Shown here in pieces: positions 63,472-64,000 of a DNA stretch of 64,000 nt (the stretch's first letter is position 1; the number at the start of each line of letters is the position of its first letter). The notes beneath the pieces are model-generated. The model saw only the letters and a program-made list of their open reading frames with translations. It was not told the DNA's origin and did no database searches. The position numbers were made by a program, and so were the translations under genes. The stretch is from Caecitellus pseudoparvulus (lineage: Eukaryota > Protista > Bigyra: Bicosoecida): assembly GCA_965644315.1 (NCBI GenBank), contig CBFFRQ010000048.1, positions 97,252 through 161,251 of the forward strand, given 5' to 3'.

Positions 63472-64000
63472 GGCGTTGCGAAGCCAGATTCCGCACCTCG
63501 CACCCTTGCAAGCCAAAACTACTGCGCAGGCACCACAGCCACCAAGCACTAAGTGCGCCTGTTTCCTCATGCTCAATGGCAGTGCAAGATGGGCATGCTG
63601 ATTTTGAAACAGACAAGGCAGTGTCGTGCCTGGCGCTGCTGCGCTCCTGCGTTGCGGCGCAGCTGCGTTGCGGCGCAGCTGCGTTGCGGCGCGATTGCGC
63701 TGGCGGCGCAGCTGGCTTCAAACAGACCGGCGCACCGCACTGCTCAGGTGGGCTGCGCCGGCCACGCTCTGCCGCCGCACTCCTGCATCACATCAACCAA
63801 GCACACCCAAGCATCACAAGACATGATGGTTGCACTTGCTTGAATTGGGATCGAACTTCAACATCCTGACCTGCCCGTCACACACCCCGCAGCCCTCTCC
63901 CCGTTCGCGCAAGGTTCTAGCTCAAGCTCATGCTGCCCAACAACACTTCCCAGCATGCCTGGGCACCATATGCCTGACACGTGCTCCCCACACCTTCAGA
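63472..64000 (-). repeat. Inverted copy of the ankyrin-cluster upstream block, running off the window edge
   Basis: Reverse complement aligns by eye to 26232-26730; contains a local triplication of ctgcgttgcggcgcag at 63647-63692. Confidence 0.9.

Noticed and set aside
1-64000. Non-standard genetic code, tRNA/rRNA/snRNA genes, prokaryotic operons
   Set aside because: TAA, TAG and TGA all end conserved genes at plausible positions; no recognisable structured-RNA signature was seen in intergenic gaps by eye (a covariance-model scan would be needed to exclude them); spliceosomal introns show the DNA is eukaryotic.

Overview
Gene-dense, GC-rich nuclear DNA of a flagellated microbial eukaryote. 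It has short GT-AG spliceosomal introns (mostly 60-130 nt) and ciliary genes; a heterotrophic stramenopile-type protist is my inference, not shown. By manual splicing I resolve about 32 protein genes. Mostly housekeeping: DIS3L2, a SET protein, RACK1, CDK5RAP1, a NEK kinase, an aftiphilin-like DFGDF-repeat protein, a GT34 glycosyltransferase, a WW-domain cap N7-methyltransferase, DNAAF11/LRRC6, SSSCA1-like, Pkr1-like, G-protein gamma, CFAP57, MFSD1, DPH1, an ARM protein, centrin, a tail-anchored ankyrin protein, Pol5/MYBBP1A, PP2C, RSPH1-like, eL42, PRPF3 and an FHA-RING-PHD protein. Two signals stand out. (1) A family of intronless, modular ankyrin genes (N-cap, 3-7 repeats with a fixed framework and hypervariable binding positions, constant C-terminal tail) lies in two inverted tandem clusters (26.2-29.9 kb + and 61.5-64 kb -), with shared spacers, mosaic relationships and distinct base composition, resembling a natural DARPin-like receptor repertoire. 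(2) A non-canonical 3'-end motif A(A/G)TGCA follows many stop codons and occurs as one palindromic ARTGCAYT octamer at 5 of 7 convergent gene junctions. No tRNA, rRNA, CRISPR array or transposase was found. Exon coordinates are hand-derived and need RNA-seq confirmation.
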